From assembly GCA_964604945.1 (NCBI GenBank), contig CAZSBK010000005.1:3185-67184 (forward strand): a DNA stretch of 64,000 bases, given 5' to 3'. The position numbers and the translations under genes were made by a program. Positions 1 to 8,845 of this stretch are shown one piece after another (position 1 is the stretch's first letter; the number at the start of each line of letters is the position of its first letter). Under the pieces are notes generated by a model that saw nothing but the letters and a program-made list of their open reading frames with translations, did not search any database and was not told the DNA's origin. Source of the stretch: an uncultured Candidatus Solibacter sp. GTDB lineage: Bacteria > Acidobacteriota > Terriglobia > Bryobacterales > Bryobacteraceae.

Positions 1-1016
1 ATCGACATCTGGATGGTTGTGTTGGCCGAGGCCGAATGCCGCATCACCGACATGCCGATCACCGGCATCATGGCAAGGCAAAGCCAGAACGAGGGTGAGG
101 CGCCATAGATACCCATTGCCACGGCCATCATCGCCGTCGAACCGAGGATCACTTTCGGCAGTCCCTTGGTGGCGCGGCGGCGCGCCAGGCTCAGCGTACC
201 CAAAATCGCACCCACGCCCATGCCCGCAGAAAGCAGGCCCAGCCCCTGTGCCCCCATTTTGAAGATGCCCTCGGCGAAGACCGGCGCAAGAGTCGTGCCC
301 GGCGACCCGGCCAAGGAGATCAGCCCGCACAGTGCCAGCAGCGCTAAGGCTTCGGGCGTCCGGCGCACGAATGCGATGCCTTCTTTGAGAGAGTCCACCG
401 GCGATTCGGCCTGTGCCCGAGGCTGCTCCCGCACGCGCATCGCCGCAAGGCAAACCAGCACGGCGATGAAGCTCAACGAGTTCAGCAGGAAGCACATACC
501 CTCACCCCAAAGGGCCACGATGAAACCGCCGACGGACGGTCCGATGACGCGTGCAACGTTGAAGGTGGCCGAGTTCAGGCTGATGGCGTTCAGCAGATCA
601 TCCTTGCCCACCAGGTGGATGAACAGCGATTGGCGGCTGGGGATGTCGAAGGCAGTCGAAATACCCAGCACGAACGCCAGGACCAGCACGTGCCAGATCT
701 CGACCCGTCCGGAGATGGTCAGCGCCGCCAGGATGGCTGCCTGCACCATGCCCACAACCTGGGTGGCCATCACGATGCTCCGCCGCGGCCAGCGGTCGGC
801 CATCGCTCCAGCGATGGGGCTGAGCAGGAGGACAGGCAGGCTGGCGCAGAACCAGGTCAGGCCCAGCATCCATTCTGAGCGCGTGAGCCGGTAGACCAGC
901 CACGCCTGGGCCATGTTCTGCATCCATGTCCCGGCGAGCGACACCGCCATGCCGCCGGCATAGAGCCGGAAGTCGCGGTGGCGCAACGCCCTGAACATGT
1001 TTCCGCCGATCGCCAT
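1..1016 (-). CDS. MFS transporter (DUF894/EntS-like type), 3' end runs off the window
   Basis: My translation of the minus strand from ATG at 1016: MAIGGNMFRALRHRDFRLYAGGMAVSLAGTWMQNMAQAWLVYRLT...ADRWPRRSIVMATQ..., with repeated hydrophobic helices. It is absent from the ORF track because it has no stop inside the window. The + ORF 166..894 is its antisense shadow. Confidence 0.75.
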   Translation of the reverse strand, partial: MAIGGNMFRALRHRDFRLYAGGMAVSLAGTWMQNMAQAWLVYRLTRSEWMLGLTWFCASLPVLLLSPIAGAMADRWPRRSIVMATQVVGMVQAAILAALTISGRVEIWHVLVLAFVLGISTAFDIPSRQSLFIHLVGKDDLLNAISLNSATFNVARVIGPSVGGFIVALWGEGMCFLLNSLSFIAVLVCLAAMRVREQPRAQAESPVDSLKEGIAFVRRTPEALALLALCGLISLAGSPGTTLAPVFAEGIFKMGAQGLGLLSAGMGVGAILGTLSLARRRATKGLPKVILGSTAMMAVAMGIYGASPSFWLCLAMMPVIGMSVMRHSASANTTIQMS

Positions 1017-1063
1017 GCTAAACTCTAGAATGACATCCCAAGGTCGAGATTGAGGAAACAACT

Positions 1064-1210
1064 TTGTCAAACGACACCAAGACCCCCGAGAAGCTCTATC
1101 AGGCTGATTACATTGGCAGCGGCACTTTCATCATTTCGAAGCCGAAGCGCAACAAACGCAAGATGCGTCAGCTCAAGCTGAAGAGCCCAAGCCCCGGCAT
1201 GCGCAAGTAA
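1064..1210 (+). CDS. Small basic protein (48 aa), TTG start, hypothetical
   Basis: My translation: (M)SNDTKTPEKLYQADYIGSGTFIISKPKRNKRKMRQLKLKSPSPGMRK*. GAGGAA lies about 7 nt upstream of the TTG. Third codon positions are strongly G/C-biased, as in real genes here. It is below the track length cutoff. Confidence 0.3.
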   Translation: MSNDTKTPEKLYQADYIGSGTFIISKPKRNKRKMRQLKLKSPSPGMRK

Positions 1211-1270
1211 TCCTCCCCATTCGATCCGGCCTGGCTCGGGCGCCTGGGCGTGATATCCTGCGCCTGAGCC

Positions 1271-2572
1271 ATGCGGATCAAATCCTTCACCACTTTTCCC
1301 CTCGCCGTCGCCGACCCCCCTATCAGAAGTTCTTACGGCCGCCACGCGCCCTATGCGCTGCGGACCGCGCTCGTCCTTGAAACCACCGACGGCATCACAG
1401 GCATAGCCGAGGCCCATGGAGGCGATGGACCGCTGGCCGCGCTGGAAACCATCAAGCCCATGGTCTTGGGGATGGACCCATTCCAACTTGTCAGGCTCTG
1501 GGAGCAAACCGCCGAGCCGTCCGGCGCGGGCGACCGCTCGCAGACCTGGTTTGTCCCCGGCGAGAACCCGCGCGACGCGCGCACACGTTCCTTTGCCGCC
1601 GTCGAGGCCGCCTGCCTGGACATCATTGGCAAGGCCGTCAACCGCCCGGTCTGTGACCTGCTCGGCGGGCGCGCCCGCGATGCCGCTCCGTTCTCCGCAT
1701 ACCTTTTCTACAAGCACGGCGGCGGGGGCGGGGAAGGCGAGGACGCTCGTGACGACGAGTATGGCGAATGTCTCACGCCAGCGTCGATGGTCGCTCAGAC
1801 CCACCGCATGATGGAGATCTACGGCTTCAAAGAGATCAAACTCAAGGGCGGCGTTCTGCCGCCCGAGGACGAAATCGAAACCATGAGGCTGCTCAGGGCG
1901 GAGTTTGGCCCGTCGGTACCGCTGCGGATCGACCCTAATTGCGCCTGGTCAGTCGAGACATCGGTCAGCATCGGCGTTGCGCTCAAGGCTGAACTCTCCG
2001 GCGGCGGTTACTTCGAAGACCCCACGGCAGGCATGGACGGCATGGCAGAGGTCAGGCGGCGGTTGCTCGCAGCCGGTGTCGAGACGCCATTGGCGTCGAA
2101 TGTCGCCGTGACCGCTCTGGAGCACGTCGTACCGGCCTGGCAGACCGGCGCATCGCAGGTGATCCTTTCCGATCCGCACTATTGGGGCGGCGTCCGCGCC
2201 GTTCAACGATTGTCCATGCTCTGCGATTCGCTTGGCCTCGGCGTTTCGATGCATTCGAACAACCATCTGGGCTTGAGCTTGATGATCATGGCCCACACCT
2301 GTTGCGCCGCGCCGGCGATGCAATTCGCATGCGACACGCATTACCCCTGGCAGACTGAACAGGATGAGATCATCGAAGGCGGACGTGTCAAATTCGTCGA
2401 CGGCGCGGTGCCGATTCCAGACAAACCCGGCTTAGGTGTGACATTGGACATGGACCAGGTGCACCGCCTCGGCGAACGGTACCGTAAGCTCACCTACCGC
2501 AAACGCGACGATGAGGCCGAGATGCGCAAGCATGTCGATCCGGAATGGAAACGCGTCTTGCCCCGCTGGTAG
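1271..2572 (+). CDS. Enolase-superfamily dehydratase, glucarate dehydratase-like
   Basis: 433 aa. Contains KLKGGVLPPEDEIETMRLLRAEFGPSVPLRIDPNCAW and the C-terminal HSNNHLGLSL pattern typical of glucarate/mandelate-racemase-type enzymes. Confidence 0.8.
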   Translation: MRIKSFTTFPLAVADPPIRSSYGRHAPYALRTALVLETTDGITGIAEAHGGDGPLAALETIKPMVLGMDPFQLVRLWEQTAEPSGAGDRSQTWFVPGENPRDARTRSFAAVEAACLDIIGKAVNRPVCDLLGGRARDAAPFSAYLFYKHGGGGGEGEDARDDEYGECLTPASMVAQTHRMMEIYGFKEIKLKGGVLPPEDEIETMRLLRAEFGPSVPLRIDPNCAWSVETSVSIGVALKAELSGGGYFEDPTAGMDGMAEVRRRLLAAGVETPLASNVAVTALEHVVPAWQTGASQVILSDPHYWGGVRAVQRLSMLCDSLGLGVSMHSNNHLGLSLMIMAHTCCAAPAMQFACDTHYPWQTEQDEIIEGGRVKFVDGAVPIPDKPGLGVTLDMDQVHRLGERYRKLTYRKRDDEAEMRKHVDPEWKRVLPRW

Positions 2573-2768
2573 GACGCGCCGTCCAAGCCATTCATTACCG
2601 ACATGGGGTGCGGCAGCACGGCACCGCAACCCTTCCATCGGCGGCGATCCGGTGCGCATGCCACAAACGAATTGGAGGCTATCCGGGTCCAAAAGCTTGC
2701 CTGGAGCCGCCAAGCCGGATCGTGTTTAGGGATCGGTATATGCTGATCTGTTACTGCAGGAGGTGAGT

Positions 2769-4139
2769 ATGAGGCAGCCCGCAAAGCACATTCCTCGTTC
2801 CGGCAATTCGCGCCGGGAAGCGCTGATCCGGCTGGGAGGCGCTCCCGCGGTCCTGGGGATGGCGAACGTGGAAGCGTCGCAATCGCAGTCCGAACTGGTC
2901 ACTGCCGACGTTCTGATCATTGGCGGCGGAACGGCCGGGGCAATCGCCGCAATACAGGCCGGGCGATTGGGAGCGCGCACGATGCTGGTGGAAGCCGGCA
3001 GCCAGTTGGGCGGGACGATGAGCACGGCGGGCGTGGATTTTCCGGGCCTGTTCCATGCCTGGGGCCGGCAGGTGATTGCCGGCATCGGGTGGGATTTGGC
3101 GTGCGCGGCGGTGGAACTGAACGGCGACAAGCTCCCTGACTTTTCCGTGCCCTATGGCACCCAGCACTGGCGGCATCAGGTGCGCCTGAACGGGGCGTTG
3201 TATGCCGCGCTGGCCGAAGAGGCGTGCGTGAAGGCGGGCGTCAGGCTGCGCTACTACGAATCGCCGCTCTCCATCACCCGCGGCGACAACAGTTGGCGCG
3301 TGCAGCTTGCCGGCAAGGGGATGCAGGTCGTGGTGCACGCGCGCCAGTTGGTGGATGCCACGGGCAACGCAGCTGTCATCGGGATGATTGGACTGACAAG
3401 GCACCGCGAGGCGGTCAACCAGCCAGGCACTCTGATCTACCGGCTGGGGGGCTACGACCTGGAAAAGGCGGACCTCGACGGGATGGTGGAAGCGGCGGCC
3501 GAGGCCGTCAGGCAGGGTCGTCTTGAGGGGCCGGACTTCCGCCAGAGTCTGCGGGGATTCCTCGGGAGCGGCGGCGAGAACTCGACGCACATTCTGGGCG
3601 CGGACTCGACTACATCCGAGCTTCACACCCAGACCAACATGCGCGGCCGGGCGTCGATGCTGCGCATGATGCGCTTCCTGAAGCCGTTTCGGGGCTTCGA
3701 GAACCTGCGGCTGGAGCGCTTGCAGCCGGAAGCGGGCGTGCGCGAGACCTATCGCATCGCCGGCGAGACCGTGGTGACCGTCGGCGACTACACCAGCGGC
3801 CGGAAGTTCGATGATGGCGTGGCGCATTCGTTCTATCCCATCGATCTGCATGATGAGCGTGGCGTGCGCCCCCGGCAACTCACACACGGCACAGTTCCGA
3901 CGATTCCCTTGGGGGCGCTGATTCCGAAATCGAGCCGCGATCTACTGGTCGCAGGGCGGTCGATCAGCAGCGACAGGCTGGCCAACTCGGCGCTTCGCGT
4001 CCAGGCCTCCTGCATGGCCATGGGACAGGCGGCGGGCGCGGCGGCGGCGCTGGCCTCGAAGCAGAACCTCACGCCCGCGAAGGTGCCGCTGGCCGACATA
4101 CTCGCGACCTTACGTGAACATGGGGCGATTACGCCCTGA
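2769..4139 (+). CDS. FAD-dependent oxidoreductase with Tat-like leader
   Basis: Dinucleotide fold motif DVLIIGGGTAGAIAAIQAGRLG. RREALIRLGG leader. GCAGGAGG RBS lies 6 nt before ATG 2769; the track start is GTG 2763. Confidence 0.8.
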   Translation: MRQPAKHIPRSGNSRREALIRLGGAPAVLGMANVEASQSQSELVTADVLIIGGGTAGAIAAIQAGRLGARTMLVEAGSQLGGTMSTAGVDFPGLFHAWGRQVIAGIGWDLACAAVELNGDKLPDFSVPYGTQHWRHQVRLNGALYAALAEEACVKAGVRLRYYESPLSITRGDNSWRVQLAGKGMQVVVHARQLVDATGNAAVIGMIGLTRHREAVNQPGTLIYRLGGYDLEKADLDGMVEAAAEAVRQGRLEGPDFRQSLRGFLGSGGENSTHILGADSTTSELHTQTNMRGRASMLRMMRFLKPFRGFENLRLERLQPEAGVRETYRIAGETVVTVGDYTSGRKFDDGVAHSFYPIDLHDERGVRPRQLTHGTVPTIPLGALIPKSSRDLLVAGRSISSDRLANSALRVQASCMAMGQAAGAAAALASKQNLTPAKVPLADILATLREHGAITP

Positions 4140-4171
4140 TTCCGCCCCTCGCCCGCCCGGGCGCATGGCCT

Positions 4172-5326
4172 TTAGTCGAGCCGTAGGGGTGGCGGCAGCG
4201 GGCTGCCGAACTCATCCGATGTAAAGACCTCGACCCTGACGCCCAGTTCACGTTCGCCGCCGGGCTCGGCGATGGCGCGGTTAAGCGAACATTCCACCGT
4301 ATAGGCGTTGCCGGGCTCAACCGAACAGGACAGCGAGACTGTGTGCATACCGGCTTCGCCGATGATATAGGGTTTCAGCGCCACGCCATTGAGCCGAATC
4401 TGGAGGACCACCGGACCCTCGGCGATCAGATACGGGTGGGCAAAGAACTCGAATTGCAGGCGCGAGGCTTGGTGGAAGGCATGGAGTTTGGCCGAGAACT
4501 CGCGGCGCGTCCAGCGCAGCGAGCCATCCTCGATCGGATACCACCCATCCAGGGGTTGAAACGCTTCAAACTGGGGCAGGAACGAGGATCGGGCGAGGAC
4601 GTAGATGCGTTCGTCGCGGGCATCGGGCGACAGGGCGAACGGAGCGCGATGGGCACGTTCGGTGAATTCGGCAAGAATCTCCCAACCGGCGCGCGTGAGC
4701 AGGCGGCGCAGCGAGCGGCGGGTGAAGAGCCAGTAGTTTGTCGGGTCGAAGTTGATTTCTGTCCGGCCGGCGAGATAGACGGCGGGCAGGGGGAGCAAAT
4801 CGGTGAGCAGGGTGGAGAGCAGGCGCGTGCTCATGTAAAGGTAGGGCGAGCGGCGGGCGAGGTTTTCCAGCACGCAAAACGGATTCCGCAAGTGATAGAG
4901 GATCCCGAGCAGGAGCGTGAAGGCGTATTGGCCGGATGGAGGGTAGGGCGAGACGTCGAAGTTGATGTCGTGGATGCGGATGGCGGAATTCAGGGAACCA
5001 GCGAGCTGGCGGATTCCGTTCATGTAGTTGAAGTTTGTGGCCGGGTGGTCGATCGCGTCCACTTCATGGCCAAGCCGTTCGAACAGGAAGCTCATATGGC
5101 CGTCGGCGGCGCCGATGTCGAGCACCGGCAGGCCGTGTTTTGGTTCGGGCAGTCCGAGCCCGGCGGCATCGAGCAGGCGCTGGAGGCGCGGGACATTGGC
5201 CAGAATGTTGTAGGGATACCAGCCGTGCAATGGCGGCTCACCAGAACCCTGAATGCGCTCGATGTCGCCTTCCAGCCGCGCGCCTTCTGCCAGCAACGGG
5301 GCGTTCCGTATTGATTTAGGGTGCAA
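4172..5326 (-). CDS. Class I SAM-dependent methyltransferase with a C-terminal extension of about 130 aa
   Basis: Motif I VLDIGAADGHMSFLFERLGHEV and LLLGILYHLRNP. The track ORF extends to 5518 but would then overlap the DksA-like gene, so I place the start at in-frame TTG 5326 (LHPKSIRN...). Start uncertain. Confidence 0.65.
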   Translation of the reverse strand: MHPKSIRNAPLLAEGARLEGDIERIQGSGEPPLHGWYPYNILANVPRLQRLLDAAGLGLPEPKHGLPVLDIGAADGHMSFLFERLGHEVDAIDHPATNFNYMNGIRQLAGSLNSAIRIHDINFDVSPYPPSGQYAFTLLLGILYHLRNPFCVLENLARRSPYLYMSTRLLSTLLTDLLPLPAVYLAGRTEINFDPTNYWLFTRRSLRRLLTRAGWEILAEFTERAHRAPFALSPDARDERIYVLARSSFLPQFEAFQPLDGWYPIEDGSLRWTRREFSAKLHAFHQASRLQFEFFAHPYLIAEGPVVLQIRLNGVALKPYIIGEAGMHTVSLSCSVEPGNAYTVECSLNRAIAEPGGERELGVRVEVFTSDEFGSPLPPPLRLD

Positions 5327-5412
5327 GAGCCGACTATAACAAAGCGGGCTGCCGGCCCACCAAGCCCGTCCTGGCGACGCCGGCGGCCCTTTGGGAGGAG
5401 CAGAGAGAAGCC

Positions 5413-5748
5413 TCAGGCGGCGGCCCGTTCGAGACGTTCCTGGCAGCCTCGGCAGCGCCGGGCGTAGGGCACGGCCCTCAGGCGCGTCCGCGCGATGGGC
5501 TGCTCGCACTCCTCGCAAATGCCGTACTGGCCTGATTCGATCCGTTCCAGCGCGTCGACCACTTCGCGGTAGCGTGTCACGGCGAGATGGTGGTAGGTCA
5601 GCGACGCGTCGCGTTCGATGGCGGCCAGAAGACTGTCCACTGGATCAGCCAGGCTCTCGACATGGATTGGCGCGCGCTGCCGCAACTCCCGCGCGAGGCT
5701 TTCGCGCAGACCGGTGAGAGCGCGTTTGGCAAGTGTGTTTTGTTTCAT
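5413..5748 (-). CDS. DksA/TraR family C4 zinc-finger protein
   Basis: 111 aa from MKQNTLAKRAL. Contains CEECEQPI...(17)...CRGCQ four-Cys finger preceded by a coiled-coil-like region. Confidence 0.8.
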   Translation of the reverse strand: MKQNTLAKRALTGLRESLARELRQRAPIHVESLADPVDSLLAAIERDASLTYHHLAVTRYREVVDALERIESGQYGICEECEQPIARTRLRAVPYARRCRGCQERLERAAA

Positions 5749-5855
5749 TGCGATGGCTCCCAACCCCATGCTAGGGTAAATGGACGTTTTCGTTCGATCC
5801 TGAAAACAGGTGACAGGCGAACCGAAAACACACCACGCCAGAGGAGGCTCAACCG

Positions 5856-6290
5856 ATGAAAGAACAGAACTACGCCAACCACACTCGGCTTGCGGCTGGA
5901 TTCCATTTCGTGCTACTGCCCCTGCTGCTGCTGACCCTGATCGGGTCGGGCGTGAACCTTTACGGATCATGGGGAGACCATACGCGGTTTTACAGCGCCG
6001 CGCTGATCGTCGTCCTGACGTTCTGCGTGATCGTGGCCGCGGTATTTGCCCGCGTGTTCGCCCTCATGGCCCAGGACCGGGCGATCAAGGCGGAAGAGAA
6101 TTTCCGGCACTACCTGCTGACCGGCAAGCCGCTGGACCCGCGCATCACGGTGCGACAGATCATCGGCCTGCGGTTCGCGTCGGACGAAGAGTTCCCGGCC
6201 CTGGCGGCCAAGGCCGCCGAGGTGGGGACGAGCGAAGACGATATCAAGAAGTCGGTCAAGAACTGGCGCGCGGATCACTACCGGGTCTAG
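5856..6290 (+). CDS. Two-TM membrane protein, unknown function
   Basis: 144 aa. Two hydrophobic helices (FHFVLLPLLLLTLIG, ALIVVLTFCVIVAAVFARVFAL) followed by a soluble tail. Confidence 0.6.
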   Translation: MKEQNYANHTRLAAGFHFVLLPLLLLTLIGSGVNLYGSWGDHTRFYSAALIVVLTFCVIVAAVFARVFALMAQDRAIKAEENFRHYLLTGKPLDPRITVRQIIGLRFASDEEFPALAAKAAEVGTSEDDIKKSVKNWRADHYRV

Positions 6291-6563
6291 CAGCCTGTGG
6301 TAGAAGTCGCGTGCGGCCGCGCAGCCAACTGAATTGCCGCGAGAGCGAGGCGGGAGGAGGAAGTTGATGTTATTCATCCACGACGACGACCAACGAAGCT
6401 ATCGCGGCAAGTCATTGCTGCCCTTTGGGTTGCGGCGGCGCCGGGCGATCTGCTTCGCACCGACTCCTCATCGATGGCCCGCATCGCCGTCGTCGCCGCT
6501 GCTCGCATCTCGGCCCGGCGGCGCTCGCAACGCGGCTCGCGGGACTTCTACCACAGGCTGCTA
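6288..6563. repeat. Perfect 21-bp inverted repeat pair bracketing about 234 bp (MITE-like or long hairpin element)
   Basis: TAGCAGCCTGTGGTAGAAGTC at 6288-6308 and its exact reverse complement GACTTCTACCACAGGCTGCTA at 6543-6563. The inner flanks are partly complementary as well (CCGCGAG...). Confidence 0.6.
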
Positions 6564-6622
6564 GCAAGCTGCCGAAGTAATCCCGCCGGCGCGTGGGACC
6601 ATTTTGGCGGCCTGTCAGCCGG

Positions 6623-7474
6623 CTACCTGGTTGGTTTTGCGTTGGCGCGTGCTTGCATGGAGTCGAGCAAGCTCAGGAATCCTGCCATCAGCTTGTAGGT
6701 GTCGCGGTAGTTGTCGAAGCTTAGGTTCTCGGGCTGGTCCTGGTGGCTGTGCAGGTAGCGCATCGTCTCGGTGGTAATTGAGTGAACGTCGAGCGAGGGG
6801 ATCTTGGCGTTGGCGAACTCCTCATGATCGGAGGTCCCGACGCGTTCCGCGTTCATGCCCATCAGAGGGAGTTTCATGGCCTGTGAGAGTCGCCAGAGGA
6901 TATCGACGAGGCGCTTATCCGACGTGCTGACTCCGACTTTGGTCGGTGTCAGGCCAATCGTGTCGATGTTGATCATCGCCAGCGGTAACGGCCGCTTTTC
7001 GCGCTTCCATTGCTGGACGAAGTAGCGTGAGCCGTTGAGTCCGGATTCCTCCTCGGTGAAGCCAGCAAAGACGAAGGTGAGCGTCCTGGGGGACTTGGCG
7101 AGCCCCTCATACAGGCTTGGCAGGAGGGATGCGCCAGACCAGTTGTCGACGGCGCCACTGCCGATCTCGACATGGTCGAAGTGGGCGCCGACGACAACGG
7201 TTCCTTCGCCCGTTCCAGGCAGCGTGCAGATCACGTTAGGCAGCGCATGGCCCCTGACGCTCTGGCGCTGGAGTTGCCGGTCCTTGCAGCCGCTCTCCGC
7301 GAACAACGCTTCAAGTGTCTCCATCCGAGCCTTATTCTTTTCCGGGTTGGCGGCGAGACGTTGGCGGAGCCTGTCGTTGGCGGTGAATTCAATCCGCAGC
7401 CCCTGCGCGGACAGACGGGGCAGAACTGCCAAACAAAGAAGCGGAAGCACACGCCGGGCCAATTTCAAAGACAT
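6623..7474 (-). CDS. M28 family metallopeptidase (secreted aminopeptidase-like)
   Basis: Signal peptide MSLKLARRVLPLLCLAVLPRLSAQG. Contains VVVGAHFDHV, DNWSGASLL and FAGFTEEESGLNGSRYF motifs. Confidence 0.8.
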   Translation of the reverse strand: MSLKLARRVLPLLCLAVLPRLSAQGLRIEFTANDRLRQRLAANPEKNKARMETLEALFAESGCKDRQLQRQSVRGHALPNVICTLPGTGEGTVVVGAHFDHVEIGSGAVDNWSGASLLPSLYEGLAKSPRTLTFVFAGFTEEESGLNGSRYFVQQWKREKRPLPLAMINIDTIGLTPTKVGVSTSDKRLVDILWRLSQAMKLPLMGMNAERVGTSDHEEFANAKIPSLDVHSITTETMRYLHSHQDQPENLSFDNYRDTYKLMAGFLSLLDSMQARANAKPTR

Positions 7475-7564
7475 CAGGCCGTATTTTCTCAGATCAGCCG
7501 GGCAATAGTCAGTTCGCGGCGTGTGCTCAGGATGGGCAGAATGGATGCCGGCTGTCGAGCGCGG

Positions 7565-8071
7565 TCAGGGTGCTGAGGAAAGTCCAGGCCGATTCATGGC
7601 GCCGCGGCATTGAAGTGAGCCGCAGCGGCAGGGGTGGAGCGGATCGTTGCCGGTGATCTGGTAGTCGATCAGCAGTTCCTCGCCGTCGGCGATCCTCCGC
7701 AGGCTGACCATCCAGATGCGGCCTCCGTGCAACCGGGCCACGAGATTGGGTGAGCAGGAGTGATTGATGAACTCGGCGCCGCTGCCGCCGATGGCGCCGT
7801 CAATGAGTGTGCGCTTCCCGGCTACGAAAATGTAGATCAGCGGGCGGATGCTCCGCCGCCGGCCTTCGGCAAGTCCGATGCGCTCGCCCGTGTACTCGAT
7901 CACGCGCCGCCGGGAAGGAATGGGCTCAGCGGCGAAGACCCCCCACCGGTGAATGGGCGAAGCCGCGGCGCGCAACTCAAAACAGCATGCTGTCGGATCG
8001 ATCACCGGCTGCCGGTCCGGCCCAGCCGGCAACACGACCTCGCGTACGAATGCGGTCAGTTCGTCCGTCAC
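7565..8071 (-). CDS. SET-domain protein (putative protein-lysine methyltransferase)
   Basis: 168 aa. Contains FINHSCSPN, GEELLIDY and a post-SET Cys cluster CRCGSLQCRG. The GTG start overlaps the stop of the upstream gene (GTGA at 8068-8071). Confidence 0.85.
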   Translation of the reverse strand: MTDELTAFVREVVLPAGPDRQPVIDPTACCFELRAAASPIHRWGVFAAEPIPSRRRVIEYTGERIGLAEGRRRSIRPLIYIFVAGKRTLIDGAIGGSGAEFINHSCSPNLVARLHGGRIWMVSLRRIADGEELLIDYQITGNDPLHPCRCGSLQCRGAMNRPGLSSAP

Positions 8072-8628
8072 CAGCCGCCACTCTTGTAGCCGGGTACTTT
8101 GTACCCTGGCGGTCCTGCTTGTTTGTAGTCACCGGGCGTACCCGCCTGCTTGGTCGCAGGCGGGTAGCCTTCAGGGCTGGCCTGCTTGTAGTTGCCGGGC
8201 GAACCTGCCTGTTTGGTTCCACCGGGCCAGAGATCCTTGTACCCTGGCTGGCCGGCCTGTTTCCAACCAGGTATCTTGAGATCCTTATATCCCGGCGGTC
8301 CGGATTCCTTCTTGTAGCCGGCCGGCGACTTGGGAAACGACGCTGCCGGCGGCATGGGTTGATCCGGGTAAGGATCAAACTGTTGAAGCCGCGCCAGCGT
8401 GGGTCCTCCCGGATCCACACGGCCATCGGGACTGCTAAGCGAGCCCCGCTGGAAATCCGAGATGGCGGCCATCGTTTTCGGGCCCGCGATTCCATCAACG
8501 ACCAACTCGGGCGAGGGCCCGCCCTTGCTCGTCGGGACACAGTTCAGCAAATACTGAACGGTCATCACATCCTGGGGTAGAACGTTTTGTCCGCCTCGTC
8601 CGACAGAAAAACGAATAGATTTGGGCAT
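8068..8628 (-). CDS. Peptidoglycan-binding-like domain protein with a C-terminal Lys/Tyr/Pro/Gly tandem-repeat tail
   Basis: N-terminus VQYLLN...VVDGIAGPKTMAAISDFQ (PG_binding_1-like). C-terminal repeats PGYKDL, TKQAGSPGNYKQA, TKQAGTPGDYKQAGPPGYKVPGYK. GAGGAGG RBS before the ATG. No signal peptide seen. Confidence 0.7.
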   Translation of the reverse strand: MPKSIRFSVGRGGQNVLPQDVMTVQYLLNCVPTSKGGPSPELVVDGIAGPKTMAAISDFQRGSLSSPDGRVDPGGPTLARLQQFDPYPDQPMPPAASFPKSPAGYKKESGPPGYKDLKIPGWKQAGQPGYKDLWPGGTKQAGSPGNYKQASPEGYPPATKQAGTPGDYKQAGPPGYKVPGYKSGGW

Positions 8629-8845
8629 GCGCCCCTCCTCTGCATCCAGCTTGGGCTCAGTCTAAGGGTGAAACAGATGGCCTGTCAATCGGTCAGAGCG
8701 CCGAGTTTGTTGAGTGAGAGCCGGAGCCAGAGCGAGAATGCGCTTGAAACGGGTCGCCTTTGGTTCGTTTGGGCGGCGGCGTGCCCTAGCTCGACTGTCG
8801 GCTTCGTCCGGGCGCCGCGGTGGATGAGGAAGATGCCGTGGCCTG

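Noticed and set aside
166-894. 242-aa + strand ORF and neighbouring ORFs at the window start
   Set aside because: Arg/Ala/Ser-rich composition with no motifs. They lie antisense to a clear MFS transporter frame on the minus strand, a typical high-GC shadow ORF.
2751-3887. 378-aa minus-strand ORF
   Set aside because: Antisense to the well-supported FAD oxidoreductase gene. The sequence is low-complexity and Arg/His/Ala-rich.
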